A stretch of 64,000 nucleotides of DNA. Source: Harriotta raleighana. Lineage: Eukaryota. The notes below the pieces were generated by a model. That model had not been told where the DNA came from, searched no databases, and saw only the letters and a program-made list of their open reading frames with translations. Position 1 is the stretch's first letter. Every line of letters starts with the position of its first letter. Location: NCBI GenBank assembly GCA_050575255.1, contig JBNZDD010013698.1, forward strand, positions 4,568,588-4,632,587, read 5' to 3'. A program made the position numbers and the translations under genes. Shown one piece after another: positions 12,141 through 25,599 of the stretch.

Positions 12141-13781
12141 CTGAGACTATTTTAATTTGTGCTGCAGCTTGAATGTTATGGGATGAAGGGACCAAAGGAT
12201 CTGCATTTTTATATTGCTGTATCATGTCAGATCATCTCAAGGAGTTTCACACACATTCACTAGGAACTGTTAGGAATGCTTGCAGCAAATGCAGCAGCCA
12301 TTTTTTTCCACAAGCTGTGTTTAAACATAGCTTAATTCCTCCAACTTTACTAGCTTTGCTAGGCCTGCTTACAAATAGATAGTCACTGTACAAAAAAAGT
12401 CTAATTTGTTCCAACTCATATTGTCTTATAATTTCTGTCATGGAGAGAAAAAAAGAGAGAAAAAAGAAATTGACTCAAAAGTATAGATGAATTGTACATG
12501 GGGTAAATAGATATGTTGAAAAGGTAGAAAAGTGAGATTAAAGGCACCAAAAAGGGTGTACAATTGTTGAGCTAATTTAATAATATTAAGAATCCGTGCA
12601 TTTCATATGGCACTTTTCATATCTTCTAGATATCTCCNAAAGAGGAAGGTCTTGAGACCGGCCTTGAAGGAGGAAAAGGAGGAAGCAAGGCGGAGGGACT
12701 GCAGGTTGGAGTTCCAAAGTTTGGGGGCAGAGAGGCTGAAAGCCCGGCCACTGATGGATGGGTGGTTAGGGCGGTGGACGCGGAGCAGGCCTGAGTCTGC
12801 TGAACGAAGGATGCGGGCAGGATGATAGGGAGACAGCAGGTCAGAGAGATAGGCGGGAGCAAGGCCGTGAATGGCCTTGAAGGTGAAGACAAGGATCTTG
12901 AAGTTGATCCGCTGGGGGATGGGAAGCCAGTGGAGGCGGGCGAGGGTGGGAGTGATGTGGTCGCGGAGTCTAGTGCAGGAGAGTACACGGGCTGCAGAAT
13001 TCTGAATGATCTGCAGCCTGTGAAGGGAGGAGTTGGGAAGGTCAACGAGAAGAGAGTTCCCATAGTCAAGCCTGGAAGTGATGAAGGCGTGAATTAGGGT
13101 TTTGGCGGCATGGCGGTTGAGGTAGTGGCGGAGTCTGGCGATGTTGTGGAGGTGATGGAAGGCTGTGCCAGTCATGGAGCGGATGTGGGGCAGGAAGGAT
13201 AGTTCAGAGTCGAACAAGATGCCCAAATTCCTGTTTGGCTTTGAGAGGTGGAGTGAACAGCCTTGGACGCTTACGTCATTGAATCTGAGACTATTTTAAT
13301 TTGTGCTGCAGCTTGAATGTTATGGGATGAAGGGACCAAAGGATCTGCATTTTTATATTGCTGTATCATGTCAGATCATCTCAAGGAGTTTCACACACAT
13401 TCACTAGGAACTGTTAGGAATGCTTGCAGCAAATGCAGCAGCCATTTTTTTCCACAAGCTGTGTTTAAACATAGCTTAATTCCTCCAACTTTACTAGCTT
13501 TGCTAGGCCTGCTTACAAATAGATAGTCACTGTACAAAAAAAGTCTAATTTGTTCCAACTCATATTGTCTTATAATTTCTGTCATGGAGAGAAAAAAAGA
13601 GAGAAAAAAGAAATTGACTCAAAAGTATAGATGAATTGTACATGGGGTAAATAGATATGTTGAAAAGGTAGAAAAGTGAGATTAAAGGCACCAAAAAGGG
13701 TGTACAATTGTTGAGCTAATTTAATAATATTAAGAATCCGTGCATTTCATATGGCACTTTTCATATCTTCTAGATATCTCC
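11495..13781. repeat. Exact tandem duplication of 1143 bp (11495-12637 and 12639-13781) separated by one N
   Basis: Identical ORFs at offset 1144; N at 12638. Confidence 0.95.
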
Positions 13782-14022
13782 AAGTGCTTCACAGAATATG
13801 CTGTAAAGTGAATTGACTGTATATATGTGGGCAGAATGTGGCAGCCAATTGCACACAACAGTGTTTCACAAACAGTTGTGGATTGAAATTTTTTTTTTTT
13901 TTGAGCGTTTATTATCAGGCCTGTAGAGTAAGGAAACTGGTTCAAGGAACTGCCCTGTCTGGAATTGAACCCAGGTCTCTTGTGATAAAGCGATTGCTCT
14001 AACCACTGAGCTTCAGGACTCC
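13735..14022 (-). mobile_element. tRNA-headed SINE
   Basis: Same family. Confidence 0.9.
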
Positions 14023-14792
14023 ACACATTTCCTGTTAATAATAATCCCCTAATTTCCCTTAGCCTTTTTTTTTGCAAAACTTTCAAAATTTGTCCCTCTC
14101 TCTTGTGTGCCTTTTTCTCTTTTAGTGTACAACTTTACACTTAAAACAGACTTTAAATCTCTATGTGGGTGAATGGGCGATTGCAGGAGAAGGATTTAAA
14201 AACTGCAGAAAATCATCAAGAGAACTGGATGCGGGCTTCTCGTAAACTGCGTGAAAAGTATCACCATTTCTAAAACACTCCTTTGAAGGCTTTATTCTAT
14301 TTCTAAATGAAAACATAATTTATCATTAATAGCACAACAAACCAGTTTGGTAAAAGAATTTCTACAACATGCTATGTCAATTTCAAATCCCAAGCGATCC
14401 CTGGGCTGAATAAGGCTGTCAAGTGTAACTACGCAATGGGTTCAATGCTGCCCAATGGGTTCCCTTCTTCGCACAGTGCCTGACAACTAGTTGTAATTGA
14501 TCCAGTCAAGTCAAGCTTCAATGACATTATTTATATCAAAGAGAGCACATTGTTGAAAAATAGGTCATTGAGTGGCAACATTCCATGTAATCCAACGAAT
14601 GAAAGTTACAGAAATATACCCACCCTATAAAAATGTATACCTAATGTAAATCATTTAAAGCAGGGAATGGTTGTGCAAAGCTGGGATCAGTGACCATCAG
14701 ATAGTAATAATAATAATATGACTCAGATGGCTCAGTGAAAGGCATGCTGCAATGGGACTGCTTGAGTAAAGCAAAAGGTCAATGTCATTTAC

Positions 14793-14816
14793 CTGTGACT
14801 TTTGTGAGGCATTCAG
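14793..14816 (-). CDS. Candidate microexon PECLTKVT (phase 1 to 1)
   Basis: cttccttcag acceptor, CAG|gtaaat donor; TKVT matches the START C-terminal beta-strand. Confidence 0.55.
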
Positions 14817-16056
14817 CTGAAGGAAGTTTTATGAATTATTAATTGTTTTAATATTACATTTCGGCAATAATTTTAAAGGCATACATTAAATTGGTTGGGC
14901 ATGGGACAGATGCGACATTGCTATGGTTTATGAGGTTGAGGATGAGTTACAGTTGGTCTGAAATGTCACCTGCATCATCAACATCTATAAGCAGGGACCA
15001 AATAACACGATATGGCAGTCACAGATGATTTATCTGTGTGTTGTGCTCCTGAGACCCTTCTGAAACCGGTGTCCAAATGTACGGTTGTTTTGGCTGAAAT
15101 TGTACGATTTTCCCCCAAAAGGCCCAATTTTACCCATTTAATAGGAACACTTGAATTGTACAGAAGAAAAAAACACGTTGGAAAGGCAGCTGTGCACATC
15201 GGGTTAGAACTGGTGTAAGTGAGTGTGGGAAAAAGATGAAGCAGTGAAGTGAACAGTGCAGGTGAGATTCTGCTCCACTGCCCAAGTATAGGACCATTAG
15301 TTGGTACTTTTAAATCAGGACATTTTCACGGACAATTTATTTTCAGCTGCAGCAGCAGAAGAAGAGGAAACCAGTATCGAGGGATTGCTAGCCACAGCAC
15401 TCAAGCAGGTTTCCTGGGAGAGAAACATATTAAGAATACATTTTTACTTCAGATTTGGAAGGTTCAGAGTGCAGACCATCCAGATGTGAAGTGTAAATGT
15501 AAAACTTGAGTGTGAAGCTACAGGAAAAGATTCACATCTGCTTAAAGGGATCTGCAAAACGCTACCACCTTGATCTCCCATCATCTGGGGGGTGCTGAGT
15601 GTCTACTGCAAAATGGAGAGTTGTAATTTCAGGAAAATGCAGAGAAAGGAGCAAAGTTCATTAGAGCAGATGGTGGTGGCTTCTGCCGGGCTTCAAGGTG
15701 GAATATTTCATGGTCGGCCAGAAAGTGGCAGAGACTGCAACTGAAACACTGGAAAAGGAGAAAGTGCCAAGCTCCACTAGATTGTACAACAGACACCAGA
15801 TGTAGCTTTTCTGAAATTAAACAGTTGTGTGCAAATTAACTAAAATCTGTTGGTTTCTGTCATTATTTACTGTACTTGCATATTATTATTAACTATTATC
15901 AGCCAAGTCTTTCCTATAACTAAAGTACACAACAAAAACAAAATTATATTTGTATAGCGCCTTTCACATCGGGATGATGTTCCAAGGCTCTGGACAGTCA
16001 GCGTAAACACGTCTATGAGCCAACAATAAAGCAATACATGCTGTGTAAAGGCTTAC

Positions 16057-16144
16057 GTTTAGGTTTGACAACCAGAAATGAGCCAGCAAGAATCATACGG
16101 GTTCTTGTTGGGTTCCACCTTGCTACCTCATCAGGGAGAAAGTA
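16057..16144 (-). CDS. Candidate exon YFLPDEVARWNPTRTRMILAGSFLVVKPK (phase 0 to 1)
   Basis: cccattacag acceptor, gtaagc donor, 88 nt open. Confidence 0.65.
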
Positions 16145-16959
16145 CTGTAATGGGTATACTTGGTCAGTCCATAAGAGACATAAAGCTATTCCCTATCAAC
16201 ATAATGGAACGGGGGGTGAAAATGACATATTTTGTAAATAAGCACACTGGTTTTGTTGGCCATTTTACGGCACAATAATTTCCACATTACAGGAGTAAAA
16301 TCCTTAATTGGTCCTTATTAGCAAATGGAGTTCAGAGCAGTTATTTTCCTAATCAAATTCCGGTTCATAAGGTCGGTATAGATGAAGAACACCTTTTGGC
16401 CCATTTAGTCTTATTCCTCCAGAACACCACTCCTGCGGATTCATGGTTTTTACTATGTTGATAATTTGCAGATACTAATCTTGAAAGTGTTGCTCTAAGG
16501 CTATCATTATTTTCATTCTTTATAATGCCTACAATCACTTTTAGGGCACATATATATCCCTGTGTATCTCTTTAGCATGTATGCACTTGACTGCTTTGTA
16601 AATGATGTAATTATTGTAATAATGGCATTATTTACTGTACTTTCAATCAACCAACAACATAATAATAATCCCCTTATAGCTGGCAAAATGTCTTTTCAGT
16701 CAGAATGAACATCCCAAAGCACTCCACAGGATTTATTGTGAAGGGAGTGGCTGCGTGTTTTGGGGCAAAATACTGTCGAATGTACAACATCAACAATAAG
16801 CGGCAGTTGAGCAATTTGAACGTCCTCTCGATGTAAAATGTGTTATACAAATGTAAATTTATAATTTGCATGGCATATTTTTCACTAATTATATTTGCTA
16901 AAACTGCCTTTAATGAATTGACCCCATTATCAGAGTCTATGTTTTCAACCATCTTGTAC

Positions 16960-17005
16960 TGATTGACAATCGGGTAAACTCTCATGAAGCAACACAGTGA
17001 AATTC
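16960..17005 (-). CDS. Candidate exon (R)NFTVLLHESLPDCQS
   Basis: tttcccttggagagcag acceptor; RNFTV resembles the START RDFV motif; donor weak and uncertain. Confidence 0.45.
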
Positions 17006-17155
17006 CTGCTCTCCAAGGGAAATAGCTCAAATGACTAACAGAGTTGATTAGCAATTGTAAATCCAAATTTGTTTGTTATGTGTGCCGCATCGCAATAGGA
17101 TAAAAAGACGATGAGTTACCCAGTGTAACGAGTAGCAGAGGATTATAATTTGTTG

Positions 17156-17460
17156 AGTCCTGTAGATCAATGTTTAGAGCACTCACCTTGCAAGCGATAG
17201 GCCTGGGTTCGATTCCAGGCAGAGTGAAACCGTGGGCAAGTTTCCTTACCCCACATGCCTGATAATAATCCCTCAAAAAACAAATAATTAAGTGGTCATT
17301 TCATTCGACAGCTGTTTGTGAGTCACTGCTGTGCACAATTGGCCATCATGTTTCACCCACATAATATATAGTCAAATCACTTCACAATATATTCTGTGAA
17401 GCACATTAAGACGTCTATAAGACATGCACTATATCAAATGCAAGAATTATTATTATTAAC
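17156..17460 (+). mobile_element. tRNA-headed SINE
   Basis: Same family, with A/B boxes and tail. Confidence 0.9.
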
Positions 17461-17519
17461 ATTTCTAATGGGGAAATAGCCATGATATTGAAGGAGTGGC
17501 TAGTTTGACAACTTATCCA

Positions 17520-18290
17520 AGCAAGCACACTCTATCTCACCAAGCCAGTCAGAAACCTAGTTGTCTTGTTCAACCCTCAACTGTCCTTCCTCCCTCACAT
17601 CCGTGCCATGATCCACTCTGCCTTCCCCCACCTCTACAATATTGCTCGACTCCGCCACTGCCTCACCCCTCAGGCTGACCAAATCGTCACACTATGCCTT
17701 CAATATATCCAGGCTTGACTTGACTGTGCCAACACCCTGCTTGTCGGCCTTCCCAACTCCTCCATCCACAAGCTGCAGAACATTCAGAGTTATCCCGATT
17801 GTGCTCTCTCCTGTACCAGGCTCTGTGATCATATCACACCCACCCTCGCCCAATTCCACTGACTCCCCAGAGGATTGAGTTCAAAATTCTCGTGCTCATC
17901 TTCAAGGCCCTCCATGGTCTTGGCCCCTCCTCACTCTCTGCCCTGCTCACCCATTATCAACCTGTCTACTCCTTCCACTCGGCAGGCTCTGGCCTGTTTC
18001 ATGTTCCCTGCCTGGACTCTCCCACCATCGGCGGTCAGGCTTTCAGCCTCTCTGCCTCCACCCTCTGGAACTCCATCCCACATTCCCTTTGCCTCACTCT
18101 CTCTCTTGCTTCCTTCAAGACATGTCTCAAAACCCTCCTCTTCAATCGTGTCTTCGACCACCCTATCTACCATCATCCCTGATCCCAACTCCCCACCCCT
18201 ACCCATCCCATTTGAGTCCTAACCTCTGACTGTTCAGTACCTTGGGACATCATCTCGATGTGAAAGGCGATTTACAAATGTAATTTTACA
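17520..18290 (+). mobile_element. L2 3' fragment
   Basis: FKALHGL..SFKTCLKTLLF motifs and 3' tail. Confidence 0.9.
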
Positions 18291-18590
18291 TTGTATTTAT
18301 ATTGTATCCTAGGGGTGAATTATCAGCGTTTCACTGTACACAGAGTAAAGGAAAGCATGAATTCTGAAGGCAACATGGCATGCCCAAGTCAAAAGTTGCT
18401 AGTTATTGGTTGGTTGAATGACCCTATCCTCCAGTCTTGGGTGCTAAGTAACCAGAGTTCCTTGCAATGTTGTTCAGTGACGAGAACTCTTAATCTCTCC
18501 AAGGAGGTAGTCTAAGGTTCCCATACATGCCCAGCTGTGACTGGCTGAGTCACTTCCCACTAGCTGGAAGTTTCCAAGCAAGATGCTCAC

Positions 18591-18615
18591 CTCGTCAGGA
18601 ACATACGAGTACAAA
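18591..18615 (-). CDS. Candidate 25-nt microexon VCTRMFLT(R) (phase 1 to 2)
   Basis: cctgttcag acceptor, strong GAG|gtgagc donor. Confidence 0.5.
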
Positions 18616-19769
18616 CTGAACAGGCTCAAAATACAAATGTAAACTTTATAATGTTGGAATTCTGTAATTTCAGGCCATCAGTGTTTGAATAGATACATAA
18701 TGAGCATGAGGCTGAATACATCTCCCACATCGTTGCATCACGATGATAGTTCATTCCCAGCAAGAAAAAAACTTTTGCTTTGCTGGTTATAATGAAGTAG
18801 AAACTTGACCATGCTGGAGGGAGCGGGGAAGGCAGAAGCAAGAAAAAATATGGTGTTAAATAAGAGGAAAGTGTTCTACTGATTTAATACTTGGCTGCTC
18901 TCAACAAGATGTGCATTCATATCAGTGGAATTTAATAGGATGTTACACTCAGTGCACTTATGCTCTTAGTACTCGAGATAAATTTCAAAACCGCAACAAA
19001 GTGAGACATTGCTTTTACACTCTTGTTCCAGAGCTCTAATCAAGTAGAGTACTAAGTAGGCTGCACACTGATAGTCCTTATGGGAATTAGAAAAACAAGA
19101 ATGGAGGCATATAAACTTCATACTGTAGTACTCTCCAGATCATTTTAAGCACATTCAACAGAGTTTAAATCACAAACATACGAGTATATTATGCAACATG
19201 TGCAAACATGTGGGTTGGCTATTAATTCCATAATTAAGGGCACCTTTAATTCCCCTTAATTGTGAGCAAGCGATCGGGAAAAAACAGAGCAGCAGTGATC
19301 TGAAAGTAAGTACTGTACCTCACAGGAATATAGCTGATGTTTAGATCTGTCCAACCAATGGATACAAATGTTGTAGATTTGGATGATTTTGCAGTACTGT
19401 TTTTACAGGGTTCAAGCTATCAATAATTTTAATGGAGCAGAAACAATTGATGGGAAATACAATACAATGATTTCTTAGGAATTGCAATACATCATTAAAT
19501 CGGTACTACACTCCCATAAGGATTACAGTAATTTGTTTCGAGTTTTATTGATTTTTAAGCCTACTTCTTCAGACTCTTTCATAAATCAGGTACTTGCTAT
19601 TTTATGTCTGATGGAATTTGCTACCACTCAGTGTATCATAACAAGAAGGAAGTATGAAAATTTTTAATCGGGTCCAATTGCTACACCGCATTTGCAAACT
19701 GGGTTTGAAAGTGATTGCAATTTCCCATAAGCAATTTCTGCTTTGCAAAATTTGCTTTGAAATTCATAG

Positions 19770-20615
19770 CATGTAAATGGCGAAAAGAGATTTAGGTATC
19801 CAAGTACACAAATCACTAACACTTAGCAGAGGTACAAAAAATAATCACAAAGGCTAATGGGATGTTGACCTTTATCTCATGGGGGTTGAAAGACAAAAGT
19901 GAGGAGGTGATTCTTGAGTTCTACAGAGCCTTGATCAGACACCCACCTTTTACATTGGGCTGGGACGGAGTACAGTGCAGATTTGCCAAAATGATACTGG
20001 TGTTGAAATGGTTAAATTATGAAGATAAGTTGCCTAAACTTGGAGTCCTGTAACTCGGTGGTTAGAGCACTCGCCTTACAAGCGAGAGACCTGGGTTCAA
20101 TTCCAGGCAGGGTGAAACATTGGGCAAGTTTCCTTACTCCACTTGCCTGAAAATAATCCCTCAAATAACAATAGTGAATTGGTCATTTCAATCCACAGCT
20201 GTTTATGGGACACTGCTGTGCGCAATTGGCTGCTGCGTTTTGCCCACAAATAAAGTCAATTTACTTTACAGTATATTCTGTGAAGGAAATGCAAATGCAA
20301 GGATTATTATTATAAACTTGGTTTGTATTCCCTGGAGTTCAGAAGGTTGAGAGATGATCTTGTTAAGGTGTTTAAAATGATAAAGGAATTTAACAGGGAG
20401 GATTTAGAGAAACTATTTCCTCTGGTGAAAGAATCATGTATAAGGGGATCTTAAGAGTCTTAAAATTAGAGCTAGGCCAGGTAGAAGTGAAACCAGGATG
20501 AATTTTTCATACAAAAGGTTGTAGAAATCTATGATTCTCTCCCACAAAAGGCTGTGGATACTGAGTCAATGGGAATTTTCTAGTCCGATGTTGATAGATA
20601 CAGTAGACACTCGCC
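19770..20615 (+). mobile_element. CR1 3' fragment interrupted by a SINE
   Basis: EEVILEFYRALIR and LNYEDKL.KLG motifs; resumes after 20312. Confidence 0.85.
20042..20312 (+). mobile_element. Full-length tRNA-headed SINE with L2-like tail
   Basis: A box taactcggtgg, B box ggttcaattcc, body gggacactgctgtgcgcaattggctg, (tta)n tail. Confidence 0.9.
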
Positions 20616-20679
20616 GAACGATGGGGTTCGTTCCTGGAAAACAGCGCACTTGGTAAAATCGTATTCGGTAAGCGAACTG

Positions 20680-22312
20680 AACCACCTCCCTCCCACACTT
20701 CGTCTCCCTACCTAACATGCCTTCCACACCTTCGATCCCATCTCCCTATCCTCTGTCACAAAATCTATCTCCTCTATGAAGCTCACCACCTGCTCCCTGG
20801 ACCCCATCCCCACCCCTCTCCTCACCATCCAGCTCCACCTTCTAGCCCCATTAATCGGCATCACCATCAACCTGTCCCTTTCATCCGGCACCGTTCCCAC
20901 TCCCCTCAAAACTATCACTATCACCCCCATCCTAAAGAAACCTTCCCTTCATGCGTAGCAGCTCTCAAGCTACCAGCCCATCTCCAACCTCAGCGCCTTG
21001 GGACGTCCTCCTGACATGAAACGCGCTCTATAAGTGTAATTTTGTTGTTGTTGTTGTTGTTGTTCCTGTCCAAGGTTCCTGTCCAGTGGTTGCCTCCCAG
21101 CTCCATTCTTTCCTCACAACCCACTCACTCCATGAACATCTCCAATCGGGTTTCCATGCTGCCCACAGCACGGAGACTGCTCTGGTCACAAAAACATCCT
21201 GACCATTTGCGACCAGGGCTCTCTATGCCTCCTCTTCCTCCTCGAACTATCCTCTGCCTTTGACACTATGGAACATGCAATCCTCCACCACTGCCTCTCC
21301 TCCCTCCTCAACCTTCAAGGCTCTGACCTTGATTGGTTCCAGTGGTACACCTCACACTGCCTTCACGTTGTCTCCTCCAACGGCTTTTCCAGTCCCCGCA
21401 CAGTCACATGTGACATTCCCCAAGGCTCTGTCCTTGGCCCCCTCCTCTTCAACCTCTACATGTTTCCCCTCAGTGACATCATCCGCAGACATGGGGTAAA
21501 TTTCACATGTACGCGGATGACACCCAACTCCAGGACTACTGACTGCATAACTGTCCAACATTGAGTCCTGGACGAGAGATAACTTCCTCCAACTAAACGT
21601 CAACAAAACGGAGGCCCTCCTGATTGGCTTGCATCAAGCACTTTCGCACTTCCGCACCTCAGGCGCTGGCGACATCAGCATCCAAGGCTGCACTCTCAAA
21701 GCCAGTCAGAAATCTGGGCATCTTGTTTGACCCTGAACTGTCCTTCCTCTCCCAAATCCTCGCCATGACCTGTACTGCCTTCCACCACCTCCGCAACATA
21801 AACGCTCCTCTATGGGAACTCTCTCCTCGTCGGCCTTCCCAGCTCCTCCCTTCACAAGCTGCAGATTATTCAGAACTCTGCAGCTGGTGTACTCTACCGC
21901 ACTAGGCTCCGTGACCACATCACTCCCACCCTCGCCCGTCTTCACTGGCTCCCAATTCCCCAGAGGATCGGATTCATTTTCCTCATCCTCACTTTCAAAG
22001 GCCATTCACGGCCTTAACCCCAACTCTCTTTGACCTGCTGTCTCCCTATCAGCCTTCCAGTCCACTCCGCTCAGTGGCCTCTGGCCTGCTCCATGTCCCC
22101 TGCCCGAACTGCGCTATCATCGGTGGCCAGGATTTCAGCCTCTGCCCCCACACTCTGCTGCCCTCCTAACTATCCCCCGTTTCCTACTCTCCTTCCCCCC
22201 GCTCCTATACAGACCCTTCCCCATCTGCTCAGGTCCTGACCTAACTGTTCAGCACCTTGGGACATCCTCCCGACGTGAAAGGCGCTCTACAAATGTAATT
22301 TTGTTGTTGTTG
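20680..22312 (+). mobile_element. Longer degraded L2 (RT domain to 3' end) with a nested short L2 tail at about 20991-21062
   Basis: TTCSLDPIPT, PQGSVLGPLLF and LHWL motifs; (ttg)n tails. Confidence 0.9.
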
Positions 22313-23818
22313 CAATTGTTATAGCAAACAACAACAACAAAATTACACTTGTATAGCTCCTTTCATATCAGCAGGATGTCCCAAGGCGTATATCATAAAG
22401 AATTGGAAACGGATTGTACAGTACTGTGTATAACTTGCCCTTAAATGGAATGGCTGGGATAGGAACAGCTCTATGCATATGTCAAATGTTTTTGGAAACT
22501 AGGACTAGAAGCTGGTTAGTTTTTAGAAATGTATTGAATAGCCAGTTGTGCCATCAGCTTTTTACAACATTAAACACGGTCCCTCAAAGTTCTTGGCTGA
22601 TCTGAACTTTTAAAGGACCATTTTTGTGTAGCGACAGGATCGATTTGCCCAGTCTGCAAGTATACTGTGGATGGATTTCCTGGCAAAACATCCCCTTCAT
22701 CAGCACATACCTCAAGATCGCAAACTGCAGGCAGGATTTATATCATGTTTTAGAGTAATTTCAATGCTATTTTCCCAATTGAATTGATGCAAAAAGTGCA
22801 GTATTAAATAAGGTAAAAGACATCTCCATTATAAAAGCCTTTGTGAGTTATATTTGTCATCAGTTTAATGAGATTGAATGCTAACTCATGTAAAAGGATA
22901 ACTCTGCATAATGATGAATGAAAATCAAATGGTCCCGAATATCCTTTGCTGTCCTTTCAATAGAAAGATTCCTAGTGAATCACTGCAATGGAGCCACGTT
23001 GCGCTTTCTAAAAATGGCTAATTTGGGGATACTTCAATCTAATGTTGCAAGTAAAATGTAATACAGTAAAGTGTATTCAGGTGGGGTAATCTGGTCTGAA
23101 TAAAACAACCCAAAGGTAGGGAACAGTAAAAAAAATGAAGGCACTAAAAATAAATTGAGCTGGAGAAGTATTAAAAAGATCTTGAAAATAGTGTCTAATA
23201 GAAACAACAACATCAAAATTGCATTTTGTGTCAGTAAGATGTCCCTAGGTGCTATTAGGTACCTTGGATTGTCCTCTCAACTGCAGACAACTAAATCTAC
23301 CACTAAACCTATACATACAAAGGGCTAGATTTCCCCTGGATACTGTAGTACAGGCAGTTGTATCTTGGTTTTCCTATTGTCAGTCTTTCAATTCTCCCTC
23401 TCTGAGCAGCAGCATTTAGAGACAGGTGCCAGAATGGCTGAGTTACCAGTACATGTCTCTGGATCAGAAGGTTACGGGTTCAAACCCCACATCAGTGTGA
23501 AACTGGGTGTGTGCTGTATATCATGTTTTTTCGCAAGATCACAGCTCTGACCCGAGATCTTCTCAGGGTCAAGGGCTTACAAGTCAGAGTGACACTACAG
23601 AGGCTTCCCTGCAGAAAATGCAGTTTAAGCGCAAATGCAATCTCTCTCATGGCAAGGTACTAGGGTAATTTTATCAGTGGCTCTTTTTCAAACCCATTCA
23701 ATTAAAAACACATAACAAAGGGAAATCCTCCTATAGTGCTCAATAGGTTAACAGTAATCATGCGGGTTCTTGGCAGACAGTTATAACATTGGCATGTTTT
23801 ATAGCTGATGTGTGGTAC

Positions 23819-23834
23819 CTATAGTCAGCATATT
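23819..23834 (-). CDS. Candidate 16-nt microexon NMLTI (phase 0 to 1)
   Basis: ttcatgtttccag acceptor, TAG|gtacca donor; restores START-like spacing. Confidence 0.4.
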
Positions 23835-24534
23835 CTGGAAACATGAAGCTGAATGTGTCTTTGTTTTGCTGTAAGCACAACAAGCGGCCACAATACCCAC
23901 ATAATCACAAAATTCCATTAAAGAGGCTTATTTATCTGAAAATGTTTTCAGTCGAGGCAGCATCTAAGCATTCAGAGAGTGTCTTTCTCACATTCTGAGA
24001 GTGTGAAAGGATCTGGAAGCATTCTGCAGCATTCTTTTATCACAAGTGAGGTATGGGTCCTCAGACTGCAGTGACCTTTCTCTGTGCCTGTAATTGCATT
24101 TGCTAATGAAACCAAGAATAGATATAACGCCATGTTACACAAATTAAATCTGTTAAATTATTAAACACACAGGGAGGATTCTGATCTCAAAGAATTTGTG
24201 ATTTCAAACCAAACTAATGGCCCTTGGGGGTAATATGTGGCACATGATTATGAAAAGTACAGAAAACATTTTGTCTTCTGAGAAAATCTGTGCTTAACAG
24301 AGCTTTGAGGTTGAACATATGGAGAACGGTGTCTTTTCTCGCTGTTCAGATTGTATTGATTTGTTGTTTTCCTAGTTGCTAAAACAATTTTTTTAAAAAC
24401 TTTTTTGCTTTATAAATTAATTTTAGAGCACGTTCTGGCGAGGAAAAGTAAATCTGTGTTTTCCGCTTCTTAGCAACAGAATTTCCTGGCCTGGCAAGTT
24501 TGAAGATTCCTCCTAAGACAAATTTAAAACAGAC

Positions 24535-24661
24535 CTCACTCATACTATCAATAGGCTCAATGCCTTTGTCAAAAGTAGTCTGTCTCTCCTTGAAAGGTGT
24601 AAGGGGTAGGGGGTCCATTATCAAGGTAACATCAATTGATTTCAAATATTTACAGACACTG
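24535..24661 (-). CDS. Candidate exon SVCKYLKSIDVTLIMDPLPLTPFKERQTTFDKGIEPIDSMSE (phase 2 to 0)
   Basis: Strong ttgtttgtttcctcccag acceptor (NAGNAG), GAG|gtctgt donor, lies within ORF 24379-24723. Confidence 0.65.
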
Positions 24662-25599
24662 CTGGGAGGAAACAAACAACAAACGACAATAGTCATGGAT
24701 TTCACAACAGTATAAGTCAACATACTTAATCCAAACTATGTACAGGCAATATTTTCATTTGCAAAGAAAAAATCCTAATTGTGTGATAAGAGAAAGAATC
24801 TGCATTTATTCATCTTCACAACAAGCTGCTGTATTCAGAGCAATATCAACACTCACTCGTAACCTCATGTGAGAAATCAGAATGATGGTTACTATTGATG
24901 TAGTTCATTGCAACACCTACAAGAATGCCAAGCAGAAAATGGCAAACTGCTGGAGGTGGCCACTTAACTGATAAAATGTCTGCAAACTTCTTTATATTGA
25001 TTTTCTGCTCATCAGGCCATCAAAAGCACACCAGTGAACACATCCAAAACACCCTTGGCTATAAGAAGTGAGTGCTCATGCACACAAAGCATGGCAATAT
25101 CACATAAACTATACCAATAGAAATATACAACACAGAGTAGTATAATTGCTGGATATGGTGGCGAAAAGAGGCTTGGCTACTTTGATCAGCTATCTGAAGG
25201 GCAGTTTACAGTGGAGCTTGCACCTTCCTCAGATAAGTCACGTCTTCCACAGTACATTATCACTATGTTTCTGCCATCTTCACAGTATTTCAGAACTCAT
25301 CATTCATGCCACGGGTATTCAGTTTAACATGTTTACTCAAGATCTATGAAACTGACTTTCTATCTCTAATAATCATAATACTGTACTTCAAAGAGTCCTA
25401 ATTATCCAAGTTAATGCATTGTAATGAATCACACAACTACTGATAACTTATTGTCCAACCAGAATTCAGTGCTCAAAATATACAGGTTACATAGCATTGC
25501 GCATAGCATTGTCCCTCGTCATGGAATGAATGACCAAATATTATTATTTTTTCAAGGAATCAGTACCAGCATGAACTAATCCGGCAATATTGTCAACTT

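Noticed and set aside
11402-13226. 226-aa and 207-aa ORFs as host genes or a gene duplication
   Set aside because: L2 ORF2 C-terminus; the second copy is probably an assembly duplicate.
20042-20115. tRNA gene (TAC anticodon-like loop)
   Set aside because: SINE head: no proper acceptor stem or T-run terminator, and it continues into the SINE body in many copies.
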